From Hydrolagus colliei (lineage: Eukaryota): 64,000 nt of DNA. Within the stretch, counting starts at the first letter, position 1. The number at the start of each line of letters is the position of its first letter. The notes under the pieces were generated by a model. It was not told where the DNA came from. It did no database searches and was given only the letters and a program-made list of their open reading frames with translations. The stretch lies in NCBI GenBank assembly GCA_035084275.1, contig CM068769.1, forward strand, positions 1,984,001 through 2,048,000, given 5' to 3'. This document shows, piece by piece, positions 62,189 through 64,000 of this stretch. The position numbers were made by a program, and so were the translations under genes.

Positions 62189-64000
62189 GTAAATAATTAA
62201 TTCTACGATCAATTTTCATTTCCCATGTTTTCGTTCAGATAGTTTGAGAAAATCTCGAAAAGATTGTTTACTAAATACGATGGTTTTAGAGTTCTTAAAA
62301 TCCCTATTTTGCGGGAATTAGGTTGCCCCACCTACTATGGCCTCCACCGCTTCTGCGCACGCCAATCTCCACCGCGTTGATTCATTTCTTCTCCATTTTT
62401 TCCAGCTCATCCGTTCAGAAACTGCACTCTTTGAATCAGTTAACTTTTAGAACGAAACTAAAAAGTCCCGAAGCATGCAGTATGTCACTAGGGTAGCGAT
62501 CAGGATAAAGTTTCTTCCAAGATAAAAACTTCAGTCGCTCAGCCAGTCCTACTCCAACCCAATTGGTAGTCACGTGTCTTTGCTGACTTGCAAACACTCA
62601 CATACACCCGGCTCAGGCTCTTCCTAATTGAGCACATTGTTGTCTCTCCTCTCCCTTCCCAGACGCTAAATACACAGCAGTCACTGTCTTTCCTCAAGTT
62701 CTCAAATTCCGATTACACTTTAGGTATTTTAACTCCTCATGCTCTGAGACACCCAATACACAGCAGCCGATGTTTTTTCATCAATTTCGCAGCCACCATT
62801 TTGTTGCATATTCTCTTTCTCCATATCCACTCAGAATCCCATTACGGAGAAGCTTGTGTCGGTACTCACATCCTGAAGCCCCCTTTACACAACAGTTGCT
62901 CTCCCTCCCCAAATTCAGAAGTCTCCATCACACAACAGTTACATTCTCTCCTCAATTTCTCAAACCAAATTGTCCTATAGTAAAAAACAGTAGAAAACTC
63001 AACAGGTCAGGCAGCATCCGTGGAGAAAGGAAAGTGAGTCGACCCTTCTTCAGAACTGGGTCATGTTCGGAGGGAGAGGATTTTAAGGACAAGTTAGCGA
63101 GAGGGGAGACAGGACAATGAAGCTAATGGAGAAAAAGAAGACAGAAAATGAAACAAAGGACAAAACGTATCAGTTAATGGTTTAAAGAGTTAATAGCAAC
63201 GTGAAATTATAATTGGTGTGTTTGAATCAATCTGGGGAGAAGAGGTGTTAATATTGAAGAGCAGGCAATAGACCAGAAAGAAAAGGATTGTAACTTTTGT
63301 TTCTCCTCGCACTACCAGGACCCCAGTACACAGCAATTATTCTCCCTCCTTACTCTCTTGTACACCCATTGCATAGCAAGCAATGTTTCTCCTCAATTTT
63401 TCACAGCCTGTATCTCGGTAGATACTGTCAATCCTCGCTCGCTCAGACCCCATCAAACAGCAGGTGCTGTAACTCCTCTTGATCACATCCCAATATTTCA
63501 GAGCAGGTTTCCTAGACATCGATTCATAACCGATAATTGTTCCACCCTCTCGGGCCACACTAAAGACAAGACCATTTCAGACCCACCCCACGCAATCAGA
63601 CACACACTGCACAACAGATACTGCCCCTGTTCACCTTCTCAATTCTGTGCATTACACAGAAGGAAATGCTCATACCGAGGCTTCGGTTTTCAATCCTTGT
63701 TTGCATCCCGTAACTAAAACATACTGAAACAAGCAGTACAGTATATCCTATGCATGTTAATTACATTTTCGTCTAAGGTAACACTTCAATCTCTTCAATT
63801 GCCACACTCCTACCCCTTTATCTCAGGTAGCTATCGAAGTTCCCCTTCTACAACCCCACAAGGAAACCCACCACCGATTTGGGTTCATCCGCTGTTTGCA
63901 TGTGCTAGCAGTGATACATAATCACAGGTTGCTTTTTTGGTAAATCCAGTTTCGCCTTTTTCGAGTGAACTGGTGCACATAAGTAATTACGACCCAAATT

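Overview
Vertebrate (cartilaginous fish, by inference) genomic DNA from the variable-gene end of a T-cell receptor alpha/delta locus. All antigen-receptor segments are on the minus strand. Bases 681-4787 hold a complete, apparently functional NAR-TCR cassette. It consists of a leader, an IgNAR-like V with a 22-RSS, one 12/12 D and a J with a 22-RSS, and the J splices in frame to a leaderless supporting TCR-delta V with its own 23-RSS. Eight further TCR alpha/delta V segments follow to about 28.7 kb. One looks fully intact, one has an intact ORF but a broken RSS heptamer, and six are defective or doubtful. No V segment was recognised beyond 28.7 kb. The rest of the window is rich in tRNA-headed Deu-domain/L2-tailed SINEs, L2 and CR1 LINE fragments and CA/TG microsatellites. 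A plus-strand SRCR-domain exon lies at 61865-62188. The least explained signal is a co-oriented family of about 10-12 diverged, decayed exon-like units between 19 and 54 kb. In one case a unit is preceded by a signal-peptide-like exon and a triplicated upstream block, suggesting a tandem secreted-protein family interleaved with the V array. Coordinates of V/D/J/RSS elements were read by hand. Repeat boundaries are approximate and all homology calls are by eye.
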